In this document: positions 18,336 to 27,582 of the stretch, one piece after another
Layout of the letters: each line of letters starts with the position of its first letter
Position numbering within the stretch: the first letter of the stretch is position 1
NCBI GenBank assembly: GCA_014859345.1
Contig: JACUUL010000005.1
Location: 1,072-65,071 of the forward strand
Source of the DNA: Thermoleophilia bacterium
Lineage (GTDB): Bacteria > Actinomycetota > Thermoleophilia > BMS3ABIN01
Reading direction: 5' to 3'
Length of the DNA: 64,000 bases
Made by a program: the position numbers and the translations under genes
Notes under the pieces: model-generated
What the model was told of the DNA's origin: nothing
The model's input: the letters and a program-made list of their open reading frames with translations, nothing else
The model's database searches: none

Positions 18336-19826
18336 TTACTGCGTGACGTAATGGATGATCATCTGGTCGGTGAGCCACTCCACCGGCGCCTTGTCGTCTG
18401 TGAGGATACGGCCGCCTGGCTTGACCTCCGTGACCCTGGGGATTATTTCCAGGGCCAGTTCCTGAACCTCGGGCGGCATCAGTGCCATCCTTTCTTTCAT
18501 GTCTATGGTCCGCGAGGGCTCCCTCGTGCCGATCAGCAGCAGGTTGAACGATCCGGCTCTTATGGAATAGACAGAGGGGAACACCTCCCGCATGGTGGCC
18601 CCGATGGCGTCGGCCAGCCTCTCGTCGCCGGGCGCGTGGGCGACGTTGATCATTACGGAGCCGCCCGCGTTTAAACTGTCGCGTGTTTCCTGGAAAAACT
18701 CCCTGGTGGTCAGGTAAAAGGGGATGTACGGCTGCCGGTAGGCATCCACAGCGATGAAATCATAGCTCCTGGCGCTGGTTTTCAGGAAGGGACGGCCGTC
18801 GGCCACGAAGACTTCCAGGTTGGGGAAATCCATGTCGAAGAACCGCTTTCCGGCCTCCACCACATCAGGGTCGAGCTCCACGCCGTCCACCAAGGTGTCC
18901 GGGTAGAAACGGGAGTACTGGCGCGCCATGGTGCCGGCGGCGCTGCCGATGTTGAGCACGCGGCCGGGCTCCCGGTCGTTGCCGAACCAGGGACCCACCA
19001 GGAAGTAATCCCAATAGGCCGCCGTAAAGATCTCATCCGGGTTATAGATCGAATGCACCGCCCAGCCCTCGTTGAGTTTTAGATAAGTGGTGTTTCCCCG
19101 CTTGACGACCTGTACGTATTGATAAGGTGAATCAATCTCGAACAGGGTGTCCGGGTCAGGCTTGATGGCTCCCTGGGGGATCATCAGCCCCGCCAGGATG
19201 ACCATGGGCGCGCCGGCATAAAAGCCGCGACCCAGGCCCACCGCCGATACCGCCGCCAGCAAGCCGGCAAAGAGCAGCATGGTGTTCCTGGTGCCTATCA
19301 GGGGAATCAGCAGCAGCACAGGCAGGAAGGTTCCGATGATGCTGCCTACTGTGGAAAGTGCGTACATGCCTCCGGCGACATTACCGGCGGTCTCGATGCC
19401 GGTCATCCGCAGGCGGATAGCGAACGGGGTCACCATGCCCAGGATGGTAATCGGCAGGGCGAACAGAAGCACGGTAATCGTGAACGACCCTAAAAAGGCG
19501 CCGGCTGAAACCTGCTCCAGGCCCCTGACGGCGACGCGCATTATGGGGCGCGCCACGAAGGGAAGAAGAGCGATGGTGACTGCGGCTGTCATTGTGAGTG
19601 AAAAGAGCAGCCGCGGCTCCGGGCGGCGGTCGGCCAGCTTGCCGCCCAGGTAATAGCCGAGCGTCAGATAGATAAGGATGAGCCCTATGAGATTGGCCCA
19701 GATAAACAGCGAGTTGCCGAAGAACGGGGCCAGCAGGCGGGAGCCCGCCATCTCTGTGGCCATGGTGGTCATGCCTCCGGCAAAAACCAGCGGGTATAGT
19801 ATCTTCCCCGGGGGGGTTCCGGTCAT
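18336..19826 (-). CDS. fused polytopic membrane domain + spermidine synthase-like aminopropyl/methyltransferase
   Basis: N-terminal half has ~7 TM helices. C-terminal half carries the spermidine synthase fold ('NVLNIGSAAGT', 'DFIAVDAY'). Confidence 0.6.
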   Translation of the reverse strand: MTGTPPGKILYPLVFAGGMTTMATEMAGSRLLAPFFGNSLFIWANLIGLILIYLTLGYYLGGKLADRRPEPRLLFSLTMTAAVTIALLPFVARPIMRVAVRGLEQVSAGAFLGSFTITVLLFALPITILGMVTPFAIRLRMTGIETAGNVAGGMYALSTVGSIIGTFLPVLLLIPLIGTRNTMLLFAGLLAAVSAVGLGRGFYAGAPMVILAGLMIPQGAIKPDPDTLFEIDSPYQYVQVVKRGNTTYLKLNEGWAVHSIYNPDEIFTAAYWDYFLVGPWFGNDREPGRVLNIGSAAGTMARQYSRFYPDTLVDGVELDPDVVEAGKRFFDMDFPNLEVFVADGRPFLKTSARSYDFIAVDAYRQPYIPFYLTTREFFQETRDSLNAGGSVMINVAHAPGDERLADAIGATMREVFPSVYSIRAGSFNLLLIGTREPSRTIDMKERMALMPPEVQELALEIIPRVTEVKPGGRILTDDKAPVEWLTDQMIIHYVTQ

Positions 19827-20332
19827 CTCTCCAGCCCTTTGCGGTGTCTCTCGGGCTCGGCCGCCCCGTCCCCGCTGTTGTAAGGCCTCTCCGGTTCGCC
19901 GGCCTGGCCGCCGTATCGGGCGCCCCGTCCGCCGCCTGGCCAGAAAACGATAGTGCCCATGGTGCGCCGCTCGACGGCCTGACGTAACCTCTTCTCAAGC
20001 CAGGCTCTGAATGGCCTGCGGGTCAGCGGCAGGATCACCGCCAGGCCCGCGGCATCAGTAAGGAAGCCCGGGGTCAGCAGGAGCAACGCTCCCGCCAGGA
20101 CCAGGAAGCCGTCCAAAAGCGCGTTCCCGGGCATCCGGCCCTGCCTTATTTCCTCCTGGATGCGCAGCGCAGCCTGGTATCCCTGCTGTTTTGCCAGGGC
20201 GGCTCCGGCCACGCTGACAAGCACAAGCGCGGCGAAAGTCGGCAGGTAGCCGGCCGCGGATCCGATCTGGATGATGAGCCAAAGCTCGAGCAGGGGGACT
20301 ATGATGAATAAAGCCAGGATAAAGAGGAACAT
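19823..20332 (-). CDS. fxsA: FxsA family cytoplasmic membrane protein
   Basis: 'PLLELWLIIQIGSAAG' signature. Overlaps the downstream gene by 4 nt. Confidence 0.7.
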   Translation of the reverse strand: MFLFILALFIIVPLLELWLIIQIGSAAGYLPTFAALVLVSVAGAALAKQQGYQAALRIQEEIRQGRMPGNALLDGFLVLAGALLLLTPGFLTDAAGLAVILPLTRRPFRAWLEKRLRQAVERRTMGTIVFWPGGGRGARYGGQAGEPERPYNSGDGAAEPERHRKGLER

Positions 20333-20381
20333 ATACTTATTATTTTGTATGGAGAAGAGGCTGATTACAAGTTAGCGAAGG

Positions 20382-20813
20382 TTAACGTGCTTCAGTTCCG
20401 GGACACGTCAATTCCTTTTCAATCAGTCCGCGCACCCGGATAGCCGCCGCCGCGACTTCGGCCGAGAGCCCGCCGTCCCGGGGCATGACATTTCCTACCT
20501 GCACGGCGAATACGAGGACCTCTGGATCGATTCCTTTCAGGCGGGCGCTGGTGATCAGGTAAGGCAGGCCCATGCCATGGATATTGTTGGAACGCAGATT
20601 CATGATGCCAGCCTCGTCGGGATGGAATTTGAAGATGGCGCCCGGACTGGCTCCGCAGTCGATGGCGTCCACCGCGATAACCAGGTCATAATCCAGGAAA
20701 TATCTGATCAGCGCCATGCCGGCCGTGGCCCCGGTGACAAGCTCGACTCCGGGAGGCACCGATCCGGGATCGAACCCCTCAACCACCGCCACGCCCACTC
20801 CGTCATCGGCCAT
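20382..20813 (-). CDS. hydrogenase maturation endopeptidase (HyaD/HybD/HycI family)
   Basis: 143 aa with 'DDGVGV' and 'AVDAIDCG' motifs. Last gene of the hydrogenase operon. Confidence 0.7.
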   Translation of the reverse strand: MADDGVGVAVVEGFDPGSVPPGVELVTGATAGMALIRYFLDYDLVIAVDAIDCGASPGAIFKFHPDEAGIMNLRSNNIHGMGLPYLITSARLKGIDPEVLVFAVQVGNVMPRDGGLSAEVAAAAIRVRGLIEKELTCPGTEAR

Positions 20814-20875
20814 AAGGGTGTTGCCGATGCCCAGGACGGCTATCTTGTTTGGAGGACGTATCTTCTCTCAGCCTC

Positions 20876-21538
20876 TCAGCCCTGGCTGGAAGCCCGGGAC
20901 TCCGGAGCTTTCGGCTCGCGCCAGGCGAACATCATACGCCACTCTCTCAGCACCTCCGCCATTGTCAGGTAGATATGTACGCCCACTGTGATGATGAAGG
21001 CCCACATGATCAGATAGTGATACGTGCGCATGGCGGCCAGGCCGCCCAGGACGTTCGTCATCGGCGCGAACAACCCCCTTGTCGGAGCCCATAGAGCCAG
21101 GCCCGTGAGAAATGACAGGGGGATGAGGATAAAGGCCCAGAGCAGGTAAGTGTACTTCTGCAGCGGATTGAATTTGTAGACGCTGGGATATGTGTCCCGC
21201 AGGAACAGGTAATACTTGATCGTTTCCCTGGGCTTTGATTCCCCGGTCCTCCTGAGCGGGCTGAACCACTTGTAATCGGGCCCCTTGACCCTCCCGCCCG
21301 GAGGCGCGGAGCCGGCGCCAAAGAAAGCCCAGTAGAGGCGAGTCACCGTGGTGAGGACGAAGGTCCACATGGCGATCTGGTGGATCGTGATCATGTAGCC
21401 CATGGCGCCTCCGAAAAACGGGCTGTTGATGTAGAAACCCGTGAAGACCAGCAGGATCAGAGACGTCAGGTGTACGCCGTGCATGATTATCGCGGGCAGC
21501 GGATGCTCTTCTCTTGTCGGCGGTATCCGTCCGGCCAT
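20876..21538 (-). CDS. Ni/Fe-hydrogenase b-type cytochrome subunit
   Basis: 'HPLPAIIMHGVHLTSLILLVFTGFY' HyaC/HydC signature, 4 TM helices with His ligands. Start taken at 'MAGRIP'. The coordinate is +/-1 because my hand reading of 21480-21541 disagreed with the track. Confidence 0.65.
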   Translation of the reverse strand: MAGRIPPTREEHPLPAIIMHGVHLTSLILLVFTGFYINSPFFGGAMGYMITIHQIAMWTFVLTTVTRLYWAFFGAGSAPPGGRVKGPDYKWFSPLRRTGESKPRETIKYYLFLRDTYPSVYKFNPLQKYTYLLWAFILIPLSFLTGLALWAPTRGLFAPMTNVLGGLAAMRTYHYLIMWAFIITVGVHIYLTMAEVLREWRMMFAWREPKAPESRASSQG

Positions 21539-21548
21539 GTCAGACCTC

Positions 21549-23180
21549 CTAGCGCACCTGGAACTTGAGGACCTGGTTGTTTTTCGGTTCAATCACGTGA
21601 ACCGCGCAGGCCATTCATGGGTCGAATGTGTGTACCGTTCTCAGTATTTCCAGCGGTCTGGCCGGATCGGCGACCGGAGTGCCTACCAGCGCCTCTTCCA
21701 CCGGGCCGCGCACCCCGTCGTCGTCCCGGGGCGAGAGGTTCCAGTTGGAAGGAGGCACCGCCGCATATGAGTCGATCTTCCCCCCGCTGATGCGCGCGTA
21801 GTGGGCCAGGGCTCCCCGGGAAGCGTCCCAGCCGCTGTGGCCGTCACCCTCGCGGCCGTAGTCCGGCTCCCTGTAGACCTCCTTGTTGCCGGCGCCGATA
21901 TTTTCCAGCAGCTCGTCGGCCCACCTGACGGCGTTGTCCGAGTTGACCTTGGCCTTTATGACACGGGCCGCCACCCGGCCCAGATCTGACAGGAGTATCT
22001 CCGGCTGGCCGGCCGCTCCGACAGCCGCCAGGGTGTCGTCGACCAGCTGTACCACTTCCGGCCGGCCGGTCAGATAAGCCACCAGAACCTGGGCGAGGGG
22101 GCCGACCTCCATGGGCCGGTTCTGGTCGCCGTAGCGGACCGCCTGGGTCCAGTCGTACTTGCCCTCGGGCAGCTCTTCGCCTTCCATCGGCGGCAGCTCC
22201 GTGAACTGGATCGGCTCCTGGCCCGAGTCCAACGGGTGTTTGCCGTCGCCCACGCTGTCATCGAACCAGGAAGACTTGGTGTACATCCTGGTCTCGTCCG
22301 GATGAACCTCCTGAAGCTCAAGCTGGCCATCGAAAATGGCGCCCCGGGGGAAGAGACGGTCGTAAGGATCCTGGCTCGCCTCGTCCAGGACACCCCAGGA
22401 AAGGAAATTGCCGACTCCCTGGCCGGTACCGGCCAGGTCCTCGCCGTAGATGGGCGCGATCGCCAGCAGGTCAGGAACCATGACCGTGTCTATGAAGTTC
22501 TTGACCTCTTCCATGCGCGACTTGTAGAAGGCGATCTCGTCCAGCGCAGGAAGCTGAGTGACCCCGCCGGGTATGTAGTGGTGGATCATTGGGAAGCGGC
22601 CGCCCAGTATCGCGTTGCACTCATTGGCCTTCGACTGAATGTCGATGGACTGCAGGTAATGCGCGGTGAGCTCGAGATCGAGCTCCGGCGGCAGCTTGTA
22701 TGCGGGATGATCCCAGTACATGTTCGCGAACGGTCCCAGCTGTCCGGAATCCACAACCGCCCTTACCTGGTCCTGCACCGCCTGCAACGAAGGAGTTTCC
22801 GGACTGGCATTAAGGGCGTTGGGAACGTTGACATAATCGAAAGCGTTGAGCACATAGAACCAGAGTATGTGGTCGTAGCCGATCTGCGCCGCCTCGGTCA
22901 TGTTGCGGATGAGTCGGGCGTTGTCGTCCACCGTCTCCATACCCAGGGCGGTCTCCACCGCCCGTACTGAGTTAAAAGCATGCGGGTTGGGACAGACGCC
23001 GCAGATGCGCTGGGCGAACTGCCAGATGCTTTTGGGGTCGCGCCCTTTCATGAAAATCTCGAAGCCGCGGAAGAGGGTGGCGGTGTTCCAGGCGTCTGTG
23101 ATAACGCCGTCCTCCACCTGGCAGGTAATGCGAAGATGGCCTTCGATGCGGGTTATTGGGTCGATGACTACTTTCGGCAT
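21549..23180 (-). CDS. [NiFeSe] hydrogenase large subunit; selenoprotein with in-frame UGA (Sec) at 21615-21617
   Basis: N-terminal 'RIEGH' and 'RICGVC' Ni-binding motif. The track ORF stops after '...RTVHTFDP'. That stop is TGA, and continued reading gives U-MACAVHVIEPKNNQVLKFQVR then TAG (21549-21551). 'DPUxxCxxH' is the [NiFeSe] C-terminal Ni-ligand motif (DPCxxCxxH in [NiFe] enzymes). Confidence 0.85.
21586..21603 (-). ncRNA. candidate SECIS hairpin in the hydrogenase large-subunit mRNA
   Basis: UGA-AUGGCCUGCGC(11 nt)-GGUUCA-CGUGAU-UGAACC. Perfect 6-bp stem, 6-nt loop. Confidence 0.55.
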
Positions 23181-23224
23181 CTATAACCTCCTATTTCCAG
23201 AGGACAAAACCGTTCCTGCCACGT

Positions 23225-24328
23225 TCATTCTTCTGTCTCTTCCTTGCCCGCCACCGGGCCTCCCCTGCCGAACCGTCCCTTGGCGACCTGTCCCACTGCA
23301 TGGGCGCCAATGCCGATGGCCGTGGCCGCGCCCAGGGTCACGCCGATCTGGGTGGGCGTGATGTCGCCCGGCAGCCGGATTCCCGATTCCTTGTCGTAAA
23401 ACGGAGTCAGCTTGTCCCAGAAATCCGGCTCGGAACAACCGATGCAGGGACCGGCCTCAACCGGCCAGCTTATCTCACCGTTCCACTTGGTCTTGGGGCA
23501 GGGGGCATGGGTGACCGGACCCTTGCAGCCCACTTTGTACAGGCACCACCGTTTTTCCGATGCCTCGTCACCGAAGCGCTCCACAAATCTGCCGTTGTCA
23601 AAATGGCCGCGGCGCTCGCAGTTGTCGTGCACGGTCTCGTCGAAAAGGAACAACGGGCGGCCAAAAGAATCCAGCTCGGGCAGCTCGTTGTGCACCAGCA
23701 CATAGGCCAGAATGGCGATAGTGTCCTCGGCGTTGCCGGGGCAGCGCGGCGAGTTGATCACGGTGACGTCGGACAGCCCGGCGTCCTGGCGCAAATAGTC
23801 GGCCACTCCCTTGGCGCCGGTGGGATTTGGCGCAGCCGCCTGGATGTTGCCGTAGCAGGCGCAGGAGCCGATGGCAATAGTCGCGTTGGCTCTCTGGTAA
23901 GCCTCCAGCACTATATCGGCGGCGGTCCGGCCGTGGATGGTGATAGCCTCGGGTATCTCGGTGGCGACGGCCCCTTCGACGATATAAAAGAAATCATCGG
24001 TGGCAAGCGTGTCCTGAAAGCTTTGCTCAGCCTCGTCTCCGGCGGGCGCCATAACCGCCTCGTGATAATCGAGGGAGATCTGCTGCAGGATAAGCTGGGC
24101 CGGAGTCGGCTTGCGACTCTGAAGCAGGTTGACCGAACAGCCCAGGCATTCCTGGAAGAGGGACCAGATTACCCGCGGTCTCATGGCTACCTCCTCAAAG
24201 GCCTGGGCGACTCGCGGAGCCGCCAGCGGTCCGCTCAGGCCTATGAGGGCCGCCAGGGTGCCGCAGCTTTTGAGAAAATCCCGTCGCGACAATCCTGGAA
24301 AAATGGACAGTTCCCGGTGATCTTCCAT
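23225..24328 (-). CDS. [NiFe(Se)] hydrogenase small subunit with twin-arginine signal
   Basis: 'SRRDFLK' Tat motif and Fe-S cluster cysteine patterns. ATG at 24328 is preceded by GGGAGG; the track ORF has a 27-aa upstream extension. Confidence 0.8.
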   Translation of the reverse strand: MEDHRELSIFPGLSRRDFLKSCGTLAALIGLSGPLAAPRVAQAFEEVAMRPRVIWSLFQECLGCSVNLLQSRKPTPAQLILQQISLDYHEAVMAPAGDEAEQSFQDTLATDDFFYIVEGAVATEIPEAITIHGRTAADIVLEAYQRANATIAIGSCACYGNIQAAAPNPTGAKGVADYLRQDAGLSDVTVINSPRCPGNAEDTIAILAYVLVHNELPELDSFGRPLFLFDETVHDNCERRGHFDNGRFVERFGDEASEKRWCLYKVGCKGPVTHAPCPKTKWNGEISWPVEAGPCIGCSEPDFWDKLTPFYDKESGIRLPGDITPTQIGVTLGAATAIGIGAHAVGQVAKGRFGRGGPVAGKEETEE

Positions 24329-24592
24329 ATCCTGCCTCCCTGCCTCGTTTTTTTGCGGCATGCCAGCAAGTTTCTTAATCCATTCTGTGCCGGTGGGGTC
24401 ATTGGCCATGTTTTACCCCGCCGGCTTACTTTTTTCCGCCAAGCCCTGTCTTTAATCTTTTCGCAATCATATCACGTTCTTCTTTTCTGGCTCTTCATTC
24501 CTGTTTCCTGTTTTTCCATCCGGTTCCGGTGATAACTTTGCCGGCGGGACAGGCGAGGCTCAGCGGCGGTAGAATAAACGGACATTGCGGAG

Positions 24593-26326
24593 GTGGAAAT
24601 GGACGCGGCCAGGTTGAAAGAATTGCTTGGGCGGATAGACGGCCGGGGCTACAAGGCTTACCGGGAGATTTCCGGCTCATATGCTCTTCCGGGGTTTACT
24701 CTTTTCATAGATTACGTGCAGGGCGATCCGTTCGCGGCCCCGTCGAGGCTGCGGGCCGCCGTGGAGCAGCCGTTGGCTGGTTTCGACCGTTCTCTTTACA
24801 GCAGCCCGACGCGGCGGATGGCTCTGGAAGACTACCTTGCGCGCGCCTTCGACCGGGCGATCCGCAGCCATGTGAGGGGCGGCCGCGGCACCGGGAAATC
24901 CGGTCTGATAGCTGTGGACGCCGGCGGCCAGGAGATCCTTGAGCGCACAGCCGCCGTGGTGAATGACCGATTCGTGGAAGCGCGCTTCATGGCCGGGCTG
25001 CCGGCCTCCGGCCGGCGCTGCCTCGGAAGGGAAGCGGCCGCCATGCTGCTTGAGGAGGTTCCGAGGGTCGTGAGGCAGGCCCTGTTCTACGAGGCTCTGG
25101 ATGCCAGGGAGCTTTCCGCCCATATCGAAGCCGCCGAGGACCAGGAATGGCTGCGGGAGCGCCTTCAGGAAATGAGGCTGGTGGCTTTCGTGGCGGACGG
25201 TTCCGTGTTGCCCCGGGCCAGCGGCGTCAGCGACCTGCCCTTGAAAGGCGGCCAGGTAGTGAGATTCGTCTCTCCTCCCGAGCTGAAGTTGGAGGTTTCA
25301 CTTCCAAATCGCGGGCGGATAACCGGCATGGGCATCCCTGAAGGGGTGACCCTGGTGGCGGGAGGCGGATATCACGGCAAGTCAACGCTGCTGGAAGCGC
25401 TTATGCGGGGGGTCTGCTGCCACATCCCCGGCGACGGCCGCGAACTGGTCGTGGCCCGGGCCGATGCCGTCAAGATCCGGGCCGAGGATGGCCGGCGGGT
25501 GGAAAAGGTCAACATCAGCCCCTTTATCTCCAACCTGCCCTTCGGCGTTGACACGGTGGCTTTTTCCACGGAGAACGCCAGCGGCAGCACCTCTCAGGCG
25601 GCCAACATCGTCGAGGCGCTGGAGGCCGGCGCCCGGGTGCTGCTGATGGATGAGGACACCTCGGCCACGAACTTCATGATCAGGGACGAGCTCATGCAGC
25701 GGCTCATCCCCAAGGAGAAAGAGCCGATCACGCCATATATCGATCAGGTACAAAATCTTCACAGGGAATACTCCGTATCAACGATCCTGGTGATGGGGGG
25801 CTCGGGGGACTATTTCGAAGTCGTCGATAACGTGATTGCCATGGATAACTATCTGCCCCGGATGGTCACGGAGCAGGCCAGGCGCATCGCCGGCGAGCGC
25901 CGGGATGCCCGGTCCCGCGAGGGCGGCGAAAGGTTTGGCCCCCTGGTCCGGCGGGCGCCCCTGGCCGAAAGCATCGACCCTTTGCGAGGCGGCAAGGAGC
26001 GGGTCCTGGCCAGGGAACCAGGTTTCCTGTTATTTGGCCGGCAGACAGTCGACCTGAGCCAGGTCGAGCAGTTGTTGGACATCAGCCAGACCCGGGCCAT
26101 TGGCGACATGATGTCCTATGCCCGGCGGCGGGGATATTTCGACGGCCGCACGGCTCTGCCCCAGGCGATCACGCGAGTCTTCGATGAAATCGCTCGCGAG
26201 GGCTTGGATGTGATATCTTCTTTCCCCGGCGCCGATCATGCCCTGCCCAGGCCTTTCGAGGTGGCCGCCGCGCTGAACCGCCTGCGGAGCCTGAAAGTAA
26301 AACAGATCCGTGAGAAGGAAATGTAA
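24593..26326 (+). CDS. predicted ABC-class ATPase (COG3044/PF09818-like)
   Basis: 577 aa. Walker A-like 'GGGYHGKST' and Walker B-like 'VLLMDEDTSATNF'. The N-terminal architecture matches the 'predicted ATPase of the ABC class' family. Confidence 0.5.
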   Translation: MEMDAARLKELLGRIDGRGYKAYREISGSYALPGFTLFIDYVQGDPFAAPSRLRAAVEQPLAGFDRSLYSSPTRRMALEDYLARAFDRAIRSHVRGGRGTGKSGLIAVDAGGQEILERTAAVVNDRFVEARFMAGLPASGRRCLGREAAAMLLEEVPRVVRQALFYEALDARELSAHIEAAEDQEWLRERLQEMRLVAFVADGSVLPRASGVSDLPLKGGQVVRFVSPPELKLEVSLPNRGRITGMGIPEGVTLVAGGGYHGKSTLLEALMRGVCCHIPGDGRELVVARADAVKIRAEDGRRVEKVNISPFISNLPFGVDTVAFSTENASGSTSQAANIVEALEAGARVLLMDEDTSATNFMIRDELMQRLIPKEKEPITPYIDQVQNLHREYSVSTILVMGGSGDYFEVVDNVIAMDNYLPRMVTEQARRIAGERRDARSREGGERFGPLVRRAPLAESIDPLRGGKERVLAREPGFLLFGRQTVDLSQVEQLLDISQTRAIGDMMSYARRRGYFDGRTALPQAITRVFDEIAREGLDVISSFPGADHALPRPFEVAAALNRLRSLKVKQIREKEM

Positions 26327-26519
26327 TTCTCGCCCGCGGTTTTGTACCTTTTCTCAGAATAAACACCAGGGAACCGGACACCAGGGTGCAGAAACGACGT
26401 GGATTAAAAAAATTAACCGGAAATGCCAGAACGATTCCGGTAAAATATTGTTTACGTGTAAGACGAACGGATTTGCATGGTCCGCGACGCATCGGGAACG
26501 TGTGAATCCAACAGGAGGG

Positions 26520-27218
26520 ATGGATATGGAACGGGAAGACACCGGCAACTGGACTCTGGAGCAAAAAGAAGAAAAGAGCATCGATGTGCTGAAAAATGCT
26601 CTGGAGCGCTTTGACGGCCGGATTGCAACGACTTTCACAGGGGGGAAGGACTCCCTGACGGTTCTGCATCTTCTTAAACGCGTTGGTGACGGCAAGGTAA
26701 AAGTGCCGGTACTGAACCTCGACACCACCGTCAAGTTCAGGAAAGTCATCGAGTTTCGTGACCACATGGCTCGTGAATGGGATCTGGACCTGGTCATCGC
26801 CACCAACCATGAAGGGCTTAAAAAAATCAACATCGCCGTGGATCACGAGGAGTGCTGTCTGGTGATGAAGGCCCAGGCAATAGACATGGCGATGGAGAAA
26901 CATGAATGGAAAGCCCTTGTGACAGGTGTTCGTTGGGACGAGCAGCCAGCCCGGATAACAGAGGAATATTTTTCCGAGCGGCCCGGACACACCCGCGTTC
27001 AGCCCATACTGCATTTCAGCGAGCTGGACATCTGGTCCTATATCGACAAGTATCAGCTCCCTTATTGTGAGCTTTATGATCAGGGATACCGCAGTCTCGG
27101 GTGCGAGCCCTGCACGGTAAAGAGCGTCCGCCCCCGCGGTGACGGGCCCGAGCGCGAAGGACGGGCCCAGGAGAAAGAGCAGATCATGGCCCAGTTGAGG
27201 GATCTCGGATACTTCTAG
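26520..27218 (+). CDS. APS/PAPS reductase family protein with [4Fe-4S] cysteines (CysH-like)
   Basis: PP-loop 'FTGGKDS', 'VTGVRWDE', a Cys pair 'EECC' and C-terminal 'GYRSLGCEPCT' (the CC...CxxC cluster motif of APS reductases). ATG at 26520 with AGGAGG upstream; the track ORF starts earlier at 26310. Confidence 0.6.
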   Translation: MDMEREDTGNWTLEQKEEKSIDVLKNALERFDGRIATTFTGGKDSLTVLHLLKRVGDGKVKVPVLNLDTTVKFRKVIEFRDHMAREWDLDLVIATNHEGLKKINIAVDHEECCLVMKAQAIDMAMEKHEWKALVTGVRWDEQPARITEEYFSERPGHTRVQPILHFSELDIWSYIDKYQLPYCELYDQGYRSLGCEPCTVKSVRPRGDGPEREGRAQEKEQIMAQLRDLGYF

Positions 27219-27365
27219 CTCCGGCTCCACTTCCCGTCGGACATGATTTAAAGGAGCGGGTCCGCGGCGTTCGCCTTCGGGGAAACAGACTCCTGTCCCT
27301 GGTTCGGGTCCAGGCCGGGCCCTGAGCAACCAGCGAGCCGGGAAAGACTCAGGCAGGCAAAAAGC

Positions 27366-27578
27366 ATGTCAAAATCCCATCAGAATCTCATAATCGTATG
27401 GTCTGTAGTTTGCGCCTCGGGCCTCGGCATATTCCTGTTTCAGATCTTCACGCCGGCGGTGCCGCCGCAGACGGGATATGATTCCGGGAAGCTGGCGTTG
27501 GCCATTGGCTTTTTTTTCCTTTTGTGGAGCGTTCCAGCCGGCCTGATCTGGGCAGCCGGCCGCCGGCAGAAGGAGTAG
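27366..27578 (+). CDS. small membrane protein (2 TM)
   Basis: Track ORF, 70 aa, two hydrophobic helices. Confidence 0.35.
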   Translation: MSKSHQNLIIVWSVVCASGLGIFLFQIFTPAVPPQTGYDSGKLALAIGFFFLLWSVPAGLIWAAGRRQKE

Positions 27579-27582
27579 GCGC

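Noticed and set aside
20876-21592. Apparent frameshift in the cytochrome b gene when hand-translating around 21480-21541
   Set aside because: The supplied track translation is contiguous and matches HyaC homology. The discrepancy is most likely a single-base reading error on my side, so no pseudogene is called and coordinates there are given as +/-1.
24329-24592. Possible small RNA or mobile-element remnant in the 264-nt region between the hydrogenase operon and the ABC-ATPase gene
   Set aside because: The region is T-rich and pyrimidine-biased with no repeats, ORF or structure. It is more simply a divergent promoter region.
26327-26519. SAM (S-box) riboswitch upstream of the CysH-like gene
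   Set aside because: The conserved S-box core sequences are not recognisable. Only a simple hairpin is present.
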